A DNA stretch of 64,000 nucleotides from Bacilli bacterium (GTDB lineage: Bacteria > Bacillota_I > Bacilli_A > RF39 > UBA660). Shown here piece after piece: positions 48,925 to 59,913 of this stretch. The stretch is taken from positions 8,372 to 72,371 of the forward strand of contig JAFRQS010000026.1 in NCBI GenBank assembly GCA_017428495.1. The letters are read 5' to 3'. Position 1 is the stretch's first letter, and each line of letters begins with the position of its first letter. The position numbers and the translations under genes were made by a program. The notes under the pieces were generated by a model. It did no database searches. It had not been told where the DNA came from and saw nothing but the letters and a program-made list of their open reading frames with translations.

Positions 48925-49135
48925 TAAAAATCTATAATCTAAGGGCGCATAAGCACGGTACCACCTTAGTTTATAGATTAATCTATACTCTTCCTATAAC
49001 CGGGTTAACGGGATTAGCAGTAATTCATCTAGTAATTAGTTTAATTTCCACCAAACATTAAATCTCTATATTTCTAATTAATAAACTACTAAAATTCGCT
49101 AATTGCTTGTAGTATATAACTTATTGCAAATTAAG
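48925..49135 (-). promoter_or_regulatory. T-box leader (tRNA-sensing riboswitch), probably Tyr-specific
   Basis: Minus strand contains AACTAAGGTGGTACCGTG (T-box consensus AATTAGGGTGGTACCGCG). Followed by a terminator-like helix and T-run before the 157-aa ORF-tyrS operon. Confidence 0.6.
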
Positions 49136-49139
49136 TCAA

Positions 49140-49535
49140 TTATTTTTCCAGCTTATTTAAAACTTCTCTAGTAACATTTGCTAAGCCATTTTTAAGTGAT
49201 ACAGCAGCATCCTCTATTACTGGTTTACCTGCATCTTTAGCCATCTTTACTAACTCTTCTGTTTTACTCTTTAAATTACTTGCTTTTTCTTTAGCAATTG
49301 ATAAAACTTTCTCTTTATCTAAATCCTTTAGACCTGATTCAATTTCTTTCAATTTGTTTTCAAATTTACCTTTAATTTCATTAGCATCCATGCTTCTTAC
49401 TTTATCCCATAAATTTGAAATTTGACTTGCTAATTCCTTTCTAGTTTCTTCACCAGTTTTTGGTGCAAATAGAAAACCTAATCCTAATCCAACTAATGCT
49501 CCTCCTAAAAAACCTAATTTACCTTTCTTACTCAT
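49140..49535 (-). CDS. YtxH-like protein (DUF948)
   Basis: GFLGGALVGLGLGFLFAPKTGEETRKEL. Confidence 0.6.
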   Translation of the reverse strand: MSKKGKLGFLGGALVGLGLGFLFAPKTGEETRKELASQISNLWDKVRSMDANEIKGKFENKLKEIESGLKDLDKEKVLSIAKEKASNLKSKTEELVKMAKDAGKPVIEDAAVSLKNGLANVTREVLNKLEK

Positions 49536-49830
49536 AATCTTCCTCCTCTTTCTTATTATATTTCTTTCTTTTAAAATGCATTACCAAATTTGTTACATTA
49601 TCAACCACTTTATTTGTCATATAAGATACTTTATCAGTACAAAAGTCAATAAAACCAAATACTTTATCCAAAGATTTTACTTTCTTATCTACATTTTCAA
49701 CTATCTCATCAACCTTTTTCATTGTTTTAATAATCTTAATACACAAAACAATTAAAACTACTAATAAAACTATAGCTGCTAAATATAAAAGCAAAGGCAA
49801 CATTACTTGCATTGTTTCTACAAAAGTCAT
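49528..49830 (-). CDS. DUF948-family membrane protein
   Basis: N-terminal TM helix plus helical domain. Overlaps the downstream ytxH-like gene. Confidence 0.45.
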   Translation of the reverse strand: MTFVETMQVMLPLLLYLAAIVLLVVLIVLCIKIIKTMKKVDEIVENVDKKVKSLDKVFGFIDFCTDKVSYMTNKVVDNVTNLVMHFKRKKYNKKEEEDYE

Positions 49831-50522
49831 TATTCTCCATCTCCTTCTTCATCTTTATACATACTATCAACTAGTGAATAAAAATCATCATCAGTAGTAT
49901 CCTTTAATAATTCATCTATAGATTTAATTTTTTCATCTACATCTGTAGACTCTTTAACTTCATCTTCTTTTACAGGCTCAGTTTCAACAAATAATTCTAT
50001 TGGTGTACTTTCTACTTCCATACTATTTTTTTCTTCTCTAGTAGTATACTCACCAGAAGCTTTCTTTATAACATAATCAATATCTACTTCCGAAGCATCA
50101 TTCAAAAGTCCATCTTTTATTGTTATATCTTCTTTAGAATAATTTTTATCTAATACACCATAAACTGGTGATATAACTGGAGAAGGTTTGAATGTTTTTT
50201 TCTCTTTTCTTGAATCTTTCTTTATTTCCGGATCATATTTAGAAACCTCTCTATCTAATACATTTACACTCTTTGTATTCTTTTTTTCTTCTTTAAAATC
50301 ATCATCTTCAAATATAATAGGAAATTTAAACTTTTCTTTAGTATCTAATAATTCTCTATCACTAAAGGTATCATCACTAACAAAATCATTTTTTTCTTTA
50401 GATTCTTCTTTAACTTCCTCTATCTTTACTTCAGATTTTACTTCTTTTTTCTCTATTTCTGAATCATCATCTTCAAAATCTTCCTCGATAAATACATTCT
50501 TCAATTTATCAAATAATCCCAT
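49830..50522 (-). CDS. acidic Glu/Asp-rich protein
   Basis: Low-complexity acidic sequence. 230 aa. Confidence 0.35.
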   Translation of the reverse strand: MGLFDKLKNVFIEEDFEDDDSEIEKKEVKSEVKIEEVKEESKEKNDFVSDDTFSDRELLDTKEKFKFPIIFEDDDFKEEKKNTKSVNVLDREVSKYDPEIKKDSRKEKKTFKPSPVISPVYGVLDKNYSKEDITIKDGLLNDASEVDIDYVIKKASGEYTTREEKNSMEVESTPIELFVETEPVKEDEVKESTDVDEKIKSIDELLKDTTDDDFYSLVDSMYKDEEGDGE

Positions 50523-50531
50523 AATACACCT

Positions 50532-51185
50532 CTATTCATTTCCTTTATTACCAATATTATTTTCATCAGTTATGTCTTTATATTCATCATATAATCTTAT
50601 ATAGTCTATGAAATTGCCTTCTTTTTTTCTTGGTGTAAAGAAATCATATACTTCTTCTTTTAAAACAGTTGCATCATCTCCCATAGACAATTCAATTATA
50701 GCATCATTGAATTTAATCGAATTAAGAATATAACAAATATTTATCAAAGATTGTCCTATATTATCATGTGCTACATAACTTTCTATTTTTGCATAATTAT
50801 AATATACTTCTATCTTATACAAATCATCTACTTTTAATATTTGTACATAACCTTTTTTCCCGTTATATTCTAAAATCTTAGAAAATAATGCATTTGAAAC
50901 AATTTCATAATCAATATCATTCTTATAATAATAATTAACTATGTCTACAAACAAATAATAATACTCACCATTACAATACAATTTATCATTATAATCCTTA
51001 CTATCCAATACTTTTACACCAGTTGGCAGATAATACTTATAACCAGTAGAATAGTTATTTACTAAAGATGTATCTTTACTTAAAAAAGTATTAAATATCA
51101 TTTCATAATTATTGATATCTATATTTTCTTTACTACATCCAGTAAATACTAGTAAGAATAGTATTAAAATAATAACCTTCTTCAT
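50532..51185 (-). CDS. lipoprotein, unknown function
   Basis: MKKVIILILFLLVFTGCS lipobox. Confidence 0.5.
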   Translation of the reverse strand: MKKVIILILFLLVFTGCSKENIDINNYEMIFNTFLSKDTSLVNNYSTGYKYYLPTGVKVLDSKDYNDKLYCNGEYYYLFVDIVNYYYKNDIDYEIVSNALFSKILEYNGKKGYVQILKVDDLYKIEVYYNYAKIESYVAHDNIGQSLINICYILNSIKFNDAIIELSMGDDATVLKEEVYDFFTPRKKEGNFIDYIRLYDEYKDITDENNIGNKGNE

Positions 51186-51244
51186 AGAGCCACCTACTCT
51201 TTTTACATTATAACACAAAAAGGCTCATATAAACACAATTTTTG

Positions 51245-51865
51245 TTATTTTTTATATATTGCCATATATATCGGGCCAATCTTCATAAATTTTTCCTCAT
51301 ATTCAGTTGTTACTATATCTTGACTATCCTTATGTAAATCTAAACTTATTTTTTCAATCTTATAGCCATAATCAACTAAAGAACAAATAGAATATTCAAA
51401 TAACTTTCTATTATCCGTCTTTTGAATTATTAACTTGTTTTTTAAAATAATATCATATATATCCAAAAAATGTTTATGAGTAAGTCTTCTCTTCTCATGC
51501 CTATCTTTTGGCCAAGGATCAGAAAAATTTAAATATAGTGTATCCACTTCACTATTAAATACATTAGATAATTCTTCAGCATCTATTCTTATTAATCTTA
51601 TATTATCCAATTTATAATTTTCAATCTTTTTAATAGCTCTACTAATAGCAGAATCAAATTTTTCTATTCCAATATAATTTATATTTGGATTTTTAATAGC
51701 ATTTTCTAGTATAAATTTGCCTTTACCCATACCTATTTCTATATGAATTGGATTAGAATTATTAAAAACTTTTTTCCACTCGCCTTTATATTCACTTGGA
51801 TTTAATACTATATATTTTGAATTATCTATTAATTCCTTCGAATTTTTTAACTTCCTAAGTCTCAT
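51245..51865 (-). CDS. trmB: tRNA (guanine46-N7)-methyltransferase
   Basis: IHIEIGMGKGKF SAM-binding motif, FSDPWPK. Confidence 0.85.
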   Translation of the reverse strand: MRLRKLKNSKELIDNSKYIVLNPSEYKGEWKKVFNNSNPIHIEIGMGKGKFILENAIKNPNINYIGIEKFDSAISRAIKKIENYKLDNIRLIRIDAEELSNVFNSEVDTLYLNFSDPWPKDRHEKRRLTHKHFLDIYDIILKNKLIIQKTDNRKLFEYSICSLVDYGYKIEKISLDLHKDSQDIVTTEYEEKFMKIGPIYMAIYKK

Positions 51866-52942
51866 TTAATCACCTTTTTCAAACAATATTATATCATTAA
51901 ATCTCCAAGATTTTATAATTTTAGTACTCTTTTTTATTTTATTAAAGTTTAAATATAAAGCATCAATATTTTTAACTTTTACCTCAACATATTTTTTATT
52001 AGTATTAAGTATTTCATTTAATTCATTTATATTACTATTCTTATATGTATAACTTAAATTATTCATATCATAGTAATTCATATTATACCTAATAAATGGT
52101 ATAACTTCTTTATAAGAATAGGAATAATCACTCTTTTTCATGCTTAATAATCCAACATATGAAATATTATTACTTATAGACTTTGTGATACTACTTTGTG
52201 TAACATCATATACATAGTAATAATTTCCTATTTTTACTAAATTCCATAAGTGAGAATCTCCTACAAAAAATCCACTTTTCAAATCTCCTTTTACAAGCAA
52301 TGAATCTACTCCTATATTTTTAAATATTATTTCAGATGCCTTTGCATAACCAGCACATACTGGTGATAATTCATCTAAAAATGCACTTAATGCAGTTTGA
52401 CCTTCAATAGAATGTATATTACCATAAGTATTCTTATTACCTAAATACTCATATACATACTTTACTTTATCATATGTGTTCATTTCTATAGTTGCTCTTT
52501 TGATATCATCTATGATATTTTTTATCTTACTTAAATACATATCATATTCATTGCTATCTACATAATTAAATTCTATTGTTATGGAACCATTCATATTTGA
52601 TTTAAATGTAGGATATCCGTAATAAAATAATTCTGGGTGATCAAGCATAACAGCGTCTGTTATTTTTGATAGATTATTTACATCTAAATAAAAATTATTA
52701 GATCTTTCTAGGTTTATTTTTGTTTTAAATTTAATAATTGCATCTAAAATATTTTCATATATCTCCTTTTCATCTTCTTTTAATATAGTTCTATAATATA
52801 TTTCTTTTGAATTATATAAATCATTCACGTAGTGTCTAGATTCATAATCTCTTGTAATTAAATTATCAATTTTATTATATCTGAAAAATATGCAAGTTAT
52901 AATTGTAATTATTACTATACAAAATATCAACTTATTTCTCAT
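51866..52942 (-). CDS. transglutaminase-like cysteine protease superfamily protein
   Basis: VCAGYAKAS (catalytic Cys), HLWNLV (His), YVYDVT (Asp). N-terminal TM. Confidence 0.6.
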   Translation of the reverse strand: MRNKLIFCIVIITIITCIFFRYNKIDNLITRDYESRHYVNDLYNSKEIYYRTILKEDEKEIYENILDAIIKFKTKINLERSNNFYLDVNNLSKITDAVMLDHPELFYYGYPTFKSNMNGSITIEFNYVDSNEYDMYLSKIKNIIDDIKRATIEMNTYDKVKYVYEYLGNKNTYGNIHSIEGQTALSAFLDELSPVCAGYAKASEIIFKNIGVDSLLVKGDLKSGFFVGDSHLWNLVKIGNYYYVYDVTQSSITKSISNNISYVGLLSMKKSDYSYSYKEVIPFIRYNMNYYDMNNLSYTYKNSNINELNEILNTNKKYVEVKVKNIDALYLNFNKIKKSTKIIKSWRFNDIILFEKGD

Positions 52943-53013
52943 ATTATCACCAATATAATAATAACACAAATATTAATTTTGCATATAATTTAATGAAAGG
53001 TATTAGGTGAATC

Positions 53014-53241
53014 ATGAAAGATATAAATAATCAAATGTTTATACCATATCCAGAATATTATCCAAATATGATGGGAAATTTTGAAAATAGACTTAGCAGT
53101 TTAGAAAGGATGGTAAAAAAACTAGATACTAGAATATCTAGATTAGAAGGTACAACTAATATTTATAATGAATATAATACAAGTTTACCTTCAGATATGT
53201 ATAATCAAAATACTTATCCAAATGCTATGCATATGATGTAA
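53014..53241 (+). CDS. small Q/N/Y-rich protein
   Basis: 75-aa ORF with low-complexity N/Y-rich ends and a central heptad region. Confidence 0.3.
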   Translation: MKDINNQMFIPYPEYYPNMMGNFENRLSSLERMVKKLDTRISRLEGTTNIYNEYNTSLPSDMYNQNTYPNAMHMM

Positions 53242-53263
53242 AAAAAACTTCCAAAGAAGTTTT

Positions 53264-54409
53264 TTATTTTAATTTACTACATATATTGACTATATTCTTA
53301 CAAACTACACTCTTATCATATTTATTAAAAGCATATTCTTTTATTTTTTTAGAATCATATTTTTTGTAATTTTTTATCATATTTAGAATAGATTCTGCAT
53401 ATTTATCGATGTCATTAATAGGTGTAACTATAGCATTATCTTTATTCACTATTTCAAGTGGACCAACACAATCTGTAGTGATTACTGGTATACCAGACGC
53501 AAAAGCTTCTACAATAGGAATACAAAATGTTTCAAATGTAGATGATACACATAAGGCATGGCTTTTAGAATATAATTCTGGTAATTTATCATTTTCTACA
53601 TATCCAACAAACTCAACATTATCATTAAGATTTAAGCTTCTAGCAATTCCCTCATAAAAATCTTTATATTCACCAGTACCAACTATCTTTAATTTTACAT
53701 TTTTATTTCCCTTTTTATTTACAACTATATCCATCGCTTTTAATAACACATCTATTGCTTTAACTTTATAGAAATTACTTACACTAATTAGCGTAAAATC
53801 CTTTGAATCCTTTTTACCAATCTTAAATTTATTACAATCTATAAAATTAGGTACCAAATGACAATTCTTTCTCTTTGATTCAATTATTTTCTTTATACTT
53901 TCATTTACTGCCATATAATCTGATGCATCTTTTATTATAGATGTCACATAATCTTTATATTCTGGATTAATCATTATGCCTTCAGAATGTGCATGTATAA
54001 CATATGGGATATTCTCTTTTTTTGATATATATCTTGCACCAATTCCTGCAGGAAGGGCACTCATTGCCAAAATTACATCTGGTTTACCTATAATTTCCTT
54101 TAATTTATTATATGCTCTATAAGATTCTCTTGCATATTTTTTATAAGAATATTCTAAGCTTACCGACTTAAGATTTATTATAGTTTTTTTATAAAATTTA
54201 AATGCATACTTATCTTTATAATATCCATCTGTCTTTTTTTCAGAAAAATAATCGATTGGTTGCTTTATACTTGCTCTATTTATATATAACATTGAAACAT
54301 CTGCATATTGACTTAATGCTTCTGCTTGCTTTATAAAATAATTACCCCATAGTGGATCAGATTTATTTGGATACCAACTTGGTATTATCATTATCTTTAA
54401 TTTTTTCAT
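53264..54409 (-). CDS. glycosyltransferase family 4 (GT-B, group 1)
   Basis: C-terminal EGIPVITTDCVGPLEIV (E-x7-E-like motif). Confidence 0.75.
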   Translation of the reverse strand: MKKLKIMIIPSWYPNKSDPLWGNYFIKQAEALSQYADVSMLYINRASIKQPIDYFSEKKTDGYYKDKYAFKFYKKTIINLKSVSLEYSYKKYARESYRAYNKLKEIIGKPDVILAMSALPAGIGARYISKKENIPYVIHAHSEGIMINPEYKDYVTSIIKDASDYMAVNESIKKIIESKRKNCHLVPNFIDCNKFKIGKKDSKDFTLISVSNFYKVKAIDVLLKAMDIVVNKKGNKNVKLKIVGTGEYKDFYEGIARSLNLNDNVEFVGYVENDKLPELYSKSHALCVSSTFETFCIPIVEAFASGIPVITTDCVGPLEIVNKDNAIVTPINDIDKYAESILNMIKNYKKYDSKKIKEYAFNKYDKSVVCKNIVNICSKLK

Positions 54410-54412
54410 ATT

Positions 54413-55378
54413 TTACCTCTTCTTTAATTTGTTATCTACATAATACATTATATCTTTTCTACCTCTATCACTTAAAACTTGTACTAAGTCAAATCCTGCT
54501 CTTCTATTTCCCTCAACTAAAATAGGACCATTTTTAGTAATAGCAACATCCCAACCAATAACTTTTATATTTTGATTTACTAATGCAGCTTTTAACACTA
54601 ATTCTTTAGTTTCATTCCAAAATGGCAATTCATAATTATTAAAAATTGTCTTTGTTGTGGGATGCTTTTTATAATGCTTTAAATCTTTATCTATTGCTTC
54701 ACCTTTTAACTTACCTGTTCTAGTATCTATTGATACTCCCATACCACCTTTATGAAAATTATCAACTTCATATTTACCATTTCCAACTCTTAAAGCCGCA
54801 TATAAAATTTCACTTCTATTATTATTAGCAAAAGTCATAATACGTATAGTATTTACTGATGTAGGACAAATAATATTCATTTTTTTATGCTGAACAATTA
54901 ACTCTTCTATAAACATTCTATTATCTTCTAAATATTTTAAAAACTCATCTAAATTTTTTACTTCCTTAGAACTCATTTTTTTAACATCTGCACCACCTAA
55001 TCCATCAATAGGTTTAATCATAAACTCCTTATTATTTTTTAAAAATAATTTTAATTTATCTATACCATTTTCAGGAATAAAATAGTCTCTACCAACATAC
55101 TCTTTAAAGTTCTTCATAAAATTAGGTTTTACTGTAAAAAATTCTTTATATTGAGACGGATTTATCCTTTCATAAAATTTACCTTGTGTCCTAACAACAG
55201 CATACATTTTTCTTTCTTTAAAACTTCTTTTATAAAATTCATAATTTAAATAATCAGTTAGTGTGCATCCATAGAATACATACCATAAAATAATATCAAT
55301 AAACATTAAAAATGAACTTTTATTATTTCTATTAGCTGCTTCTACTATTCTTTTAAAATATTGTTTAATTCTACTCAT
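54413..55378 (-). CDS. sugar-transfer-associated ATP-grasp (TupA-like) protein
   Basis: Start at MSRIKQYF. ATP-grasp core with KPIDGLGGADV. Confidence 0.55.
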   Translation of the reverse strand: MSRIKQYFKRIVEAANRNNKSSFLMFIDIILWYVFYGCTLTDYLNYEFYKRSFKERKMYAVVRTQGKFYERINPSQYKEFFTVKPNFMKNFKEYVGRDYFIPENGIDKLKLFLKNNKEFMIKPIDGLGGADVKKMSSKEVKNLDEFLKYLEDNRMFIEELIVQHKKMNIICPTSVNTIRIMTFANNNRSEILYAALRVGNGKYEVDNFHKGGMGVSIDTRTGKLKGEAIDKDLKHYKKHPTTKTIFNNYELPFWNETKELVLKAALVNQNIKVIGWDVAITKNGPILVEGNRRAGFDLVQVLSDRGRKDIMYYVDNKLKKR

Positions 55379-55456
55379 AATATCACCTGTAATTATTATA
55401 ACACGTATATAAATAAACAAAAAGATTTAATAAAAAATAGAACAAAAATGTTCTAT

Positions 55457-56929
55457 TTATCTATATATTGTATAAGGATTAAAATGTTTTCCTCCTCTTC
55501 CAGGAGGCCCTTTATATGTTGCAAAATGTAAGTGCGTTCCTGTACATGCACTACCAGTACATCCCATTGCACCTATTTTTTGTCCTCTTTTTACTACGTC
55601 TCCCGCTTTTACATATTGCGCAGAAAGATGTGCGTACCAAGTATATATTTCATTTTCATGCGCTATTATAACTTGATATCCACCTATTGGTTCATAGAAT
55701 ACTCTATATACAACACCATTATTTGCTGAGAATATTGGTGAACCGTGACCTGTACCTGTTATATCAATTGCATCATGGAATGATCCCCATCTCCAACCAT
55801 ATCCACTAGATACTTTTGAAGGTTGTAATGTTGGCCATACCCAATCACCAGAAGTTGGTATTGTAGATGGATCTATAGAAATAGCACTCTTTGTACCTAT
55901 TATAATTATCTTATTAATTACTTCATTAACCTTTTCAGTATTAGAAATTAATGCATTTGTTACATCGCCATTTTCATATTTAATTTTATATGTTACTACC
56001 TGTTTACCATTTTGTCCTTCTTGCTTTACTAATCTAGTTCCATATGATTTTGTACCATCATATTCATATTCAGTTGTAAACGCAATTTCCTGTTCTTCTA
56101 CAGAATGTTCCTCTTCTACAACTGTTACAACTGGAGAAATAAGTGCTACTGAAACCTCTTGACCTATTGAAAGTATACTATTCTTACTTTTTAAATTCTG
56201 ATTAACAACTAATAATTCTTCTACAGCAAGTTTATTATCTTCTGCAATACTTTCAATTGTATCTCCAGCTTTTACTGTATAATACTTTTCAGTTATTTCA
56301 TCTCCAAATAATAAATATTTAGTTATTTCCTTTTCATCAGGTAATATTAACTCACTACTAGGTATAAATGCTTCTTTTATTTTTATATTTTCTTTTATAT
56401 ATACATCCTCTATTTTTTTACCTACACCCTTTAGTACTACTTCTTCTCCACTTAAAAAGGCTTCTAATTCATCATTATCTACAAAAGCTCTTACAACTGT
56501 ATTAATTGAATTCTTAAACTCTTCTTTATTTAATACATTCAATTCTATATTTTCACCAGATTCAGTTTCAATAATAACTTTATAACCTTTTATAGTAAAA
56601 TCTTCTTTATCTTTGATTAATTTATACAATTCTTCTTCTGACATTGTTTTATCATCATAACCATTATATTTACTAATATACAAACTTTTAGGAACATATA
56701 CTGTATCTACATTATACTTCTCTTTTAGTTCCTTTTGCTCTTCATTTATATAATCATTTAATTTGCTTTTTGACTTAATTAAACCAACGCTTTTACCATT
56801 CAAATATACTCTATATAATTCTTGAGGTTTTATATTTTTATGCTTTTTAAATTCATATATTGGTATTAATGCGAATACAGTCACAAGTATTGTAAATATT
56901 ATGCTTAGTATTCTATCCTTATGAGTCAT
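55457..56929 (-). CDS. M23-family metallopeptidase with LysM domain
   Basis: LysM (YTVKAGDTIESIAEDN). C-terminal HDAIDI...GTHLHFA M23 zinc motifs. N-terminal TM. Confidence 0.8.
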   Translation of the reverse strand: MTHKDRILSIIFTILVTVFALIPIYEFKKHKNIKPQELYRVYLNGKSVGLIKSKSKLNDYINEEQKELKEKYNVDTVYVPKSLYISKYNGYDDKTMSEEELYKLIKDKEDFTIKGYKVIIETESGENIELNVLNKEEFKNSINTVVRAFVDNDELEAFLSGEEVVLKGVGKKIEDVYIKENIKIKEAFIPSSELILPDEKEITKYLLFGDEITEKYYTVKAGDTIESIAEDNKLAVEELLVVNQNLKSKNSILSIGQEVSVALISPVVTVVEEEHSVEEQEIAFTTEYEYDGTKSYGTRLVKQEGQNGKQVVTYKIKYENGDVTNALISNTEKVNEVINKIIIIGTKSAISIDPSTIPTSGDWVWPTLQPSKVSSGYGWRWGSFHDAIDITGTGHGSPIFSANNGVVYRVFYEPIGGYQVIIAHENEIYTWYAHLSAQYVKAGDVVKRGQKIGAMGCTGSACTGTHLHFATYKGPPGRGGKHFNPYTIYR

Positions 56930-56955
56930 CTTATCACCTCATCTTTTTGATTATA

Positions 56956-59817
56956 TCATAGTTTTTTCACTTTTTCTAATACAAGTTGATACTTTGACAT
57001 TCTCTTTTCTATCCTACCAGTAACTAATAATATATTCCCCTTACTTATATTACTAATTAAATCATATTGATCTGGAAATACAACTATATCTATTTCATCT
57101 GTATCATCTACTCCACTTATAAAGCTCATATTTGTATTTTTCTTAGTTAATATTGTACTTACTTTATTTACATATATAACTACATTTACTACCTTGTCAA
57201 AATATCTACTAATATCATTTGCATCTATAATATTGCTATACTGTGCTTTATATTTTGTTACAGGATGATTAGTCAAATAAAATCCAAATACATCAATTTC
57301 TTTCTTTGATATTTCTTCAGATGAATATTCTTCTTCAATATTAATAATTGGCTTATCCACTAGTGATTCATCTAAATCTTTTAAAAGCATTCCATAATTA
57401 ATTGCAGAATCTATATTAGAGTGTAATGTTTTATGATTATAATGAAAATCACTAAATACATCTGCATCTATTAAACTTTCTAATGTTTTTTTATTTACGC
57501 TTTTACCATACATTCTTTTTACAAAATCAAAGAAATCTACAAATTTACCATTCTCATCTCTCTCATTAATTATTTCTTTACAAGTAATTCCACCTACATT
57601 TCTAATTGTAGCAAGTGAAAATCTAATGTTATTACCTTCTTTTTTATATTTATAATCACTTATATTTATATTTGGTTTTAATATATTTATATTCATTTTT
57701 TTACATTCATCTATGTATTCTTTAGTTTTTGCTTCATTACCTATTGCATTAGTTAAAAGAGATGACATAAAATATTCTTTATAATGAGTCTTTAAATATG
57801 CCATTTTAAGAGAAATCATCGAATATGCAACTGAATGAGCCTTATTAAATCCATAATTTGCAAATTCAAGTATATATTCATATACTTTAGTTGCTAATTC
57901 CTTCTTATATCCTCTTTTTATACTATTAGTTATAAATTTATCTTTTTCACTTTCTAATACTTCTTTTTTCTTTTTACTCATTGCTCTTCTTAATACATCA
58001 GCTTCACCATAACTATATCCAGCCATTACATTAGCAATTTGCATTATCTGTTCTTGATAAATTATTATTCCATACGTTGGCTTTAATATATTTTCTAATG
58101 ATTTATCTAAATAATCTATCTTTTCTAGTCCATTTTTCCTTCTAATATAACTATCTATATTAGAAGAAGGCCCCGGTCTAAAAAGTGCAATTGCCGCTAC
58201 TATATCATCAAAACTAGTAGGTCTAAATTTACTTAAAAATCTTTTCATACCTGCTGATTCAAATTGAAATATTCCACATGTTGTAGCATTATTAAATATA
58301 CTTAAAGCTTTCTTATCATCTATTTCTATATCCTTAAAGTTAACGTTTCCTATATCATTTAATATATTTAATATCATAGTTAAATTTTTAAGGCCTAAAA
58401 AATCCATTTTTATTAATCCAAGTTCTTCCAAGTGTTCCATTGAATATCCGCTCAGATAATAATCATCATATTTTTCTAATGGAATATAAGAATCTAATTC
58501 TTCGCCACTTATTATTACACCAGCAGCATGAATAGATATTTGCCTTTTTAATCCTTCTAATTTAAGTGCTATCTTATATATTTGTTTCAATTTATAATCA
58601 TCATTTAAATATGTTTTTAATTCATCATTATTTAGTGCTTCAGATAGAGTCATATTAGAACCTATATATTTAGTAAGATTATCTATTATACTAGTAGATA
58701 TATTGAAAATTCTACCTAAATCTCTTAATACTTGTTTACCTGCTAAAGTAGAAAAAGTAATAATTGGTACAGCTCTTTTTTTGCCATATTTGTTTATTAC
58801 ATAATTAACTACTTCTTCCCTTCTTTCTGACTCAAAATCTATATCTATATCAGGCATTGTTATTCTTTCTGGATTTAAAAATCTCTCAAATAACAAATCA
58901 TATTTTAATGGATCCACATCTGTTATTCCAAGAGAATATGCTACTAAACTACCAGCAGCACTACCTCTTCCAGGACCTACCAATATACCATTTTGTTTTG
59001 AATATTTTACATAATCCCATACTACTAAGAAATAATCATTAAATCCCATTTTATCAATCACACTTAATTCATACAATAATCTATCATAATACTTCTTAGT
59101 AACCTTACCATCAAATCTTTTATATAATCCTTTTTTACATAAATTTAATAAATATTCTTTAACATCATCTTTATCATACTTTGGATTTAAATTCTTATTT
59201 GACTTAAATTCTATATTACATTTATTCACTAATTCTAACGCATTATCATAATCATTTTCTAAAAAATCAAAATAACAATTATCATGTACATTAAAACTAT
59301 AATTATCATCTATCTTCTTATTATTTTTAATTAGATATAAATATTTTAAATATTCTTTATCAGATTTTCTTAAACATAATATTTCATTTATATATACAGA
59401 TTTATTATTTTTTCTATCTTCTATATTTGTATATCCATAATAAAAATCAGTATATATTTTACTTAAATCTCTTGTAGATACGCATATTAAATCATTACTA
59501 TACTCATTTAAAGTATCAATTGTAATATCTTCATTTTGCTTTAAATATACAAGCCTTGTAAGATTTTGATATCCAGAATAATTCTTTGCATATAAAAGTA
59601 CTATACTATCATCTATTATTAATTCCAAGCCTATAACTGGTTTTATATTATTCTTAATACATTCTTTATAAAATTCCATTACACCATACATATTACTATC
59701 AGTAATACATAAAGTATCTATACCATTCTCTTTGCAAAATAAAATCATCTTATTAATATCATTTAAAGATGTTAGAAGTGAATAACTAGTTTTTACTCTA
59801 AGTGGTATGTATTTCAT
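56956..59817 (-). CDS. dnaE: DNA polymerase III alpha subunit (DnaE type), short 953-aa form
   Basis: N-terminal PHP-like domain (degenerate His motifs), polymerase core (GPGRGSAAGSLVAY...), C-terminal OB fold. No C-terminal extension beyond the OB domain. Confidence 0.75.
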   Translation of the reverse strand: MKYIPLRVKTSYSLLTSLNDINKMILFCKENGIDTLCITDSNMYGVMEFYKECIKNNIKPVIGLELIIDDSIVLLYAKNYSGYQNLTRLVYLKQNEDITIDTLNEYSNDLICVSTRDLSKIYTDFYYGYTNIEDRKNNKSVYINEILCLRKSDKEYLKYLYLIKNNKKIDDNYSFNVHDNCYFDFLENDYDNALELVNKCNIEFKSNKNLNPKYDKDDVKEYLLNLCKKGLYKRFDGKVTKKYYDRLLYELSVIDKMGFNDYFLVVWDYVKYSKQNGILVGPGRGSAAGSLVAYSLGITDVDPLKYDLLFERFLNPERITMPDIDIDFESERREEVVNYVINKYGKKRAVPIITFSTLAGKQVLRDLGRIFNISTSIIDNLTKYIGSNMTLSEALNNDELKTYLNDDYKLKQIYKIALKLEGLKRQISIHAAGVIISGEELDSYIPLEKYDDYYLSGYSMEHLEELGLIKMDFLGLKNLTMILNILNDIGNVNFKDIEIDDKKALSIFNNATTCGIFQFESAGMKRFLSKFRPTSFDDIVAAIALFRPGPSSNIDSYIRRKNGLEKIDYLDKSLENILKPTYGIIIYQEQIMQIANVMAGYSYGEADVLRRAMSKKKKEVLESEKDKFITNSIKRGYKKELATKVYEYILEFANYGFNKAHSVAYSMISLKMAYLKTHYKEYFMSSLLTNAIGNEAKTKEYIDECKKMNINILKPNINISDYKYKKEGNNIRFSLATIRNVGGITCKEIINERDENGKFVDFFDFVKRMYGKSVNKKTLESLIDADVFSDFHYNHKTLHSNIDSAINYGMLLKDLDESLVDKPIINIEEEYSSEEISKKEIDVFGFYLTNHPVTKYKAQYSNIIDANDISRYFDKVVNVVIYVNKVSTILTKKNTNMSFISGVDDTDEIDIVVFPDQYDLISNISKGNILLVTGRIEKRMSKYQLVLEKVKKL

Positions 59818-59913
59818 AAAGACCTCCTATTTAATTTTACCAAATTTTGTTGACTTATAGCAATATTTATGATACATTTAACAAAGGAAATGAACTCAAA
59901 AAGGAGGGATAAT

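Noticed and set aside
50188-50604. 138-aa plus-strand Ser-rich ORF
   Set aside because: Antisense to the acidic 230-aa gene. Low-complexity frame artefact.
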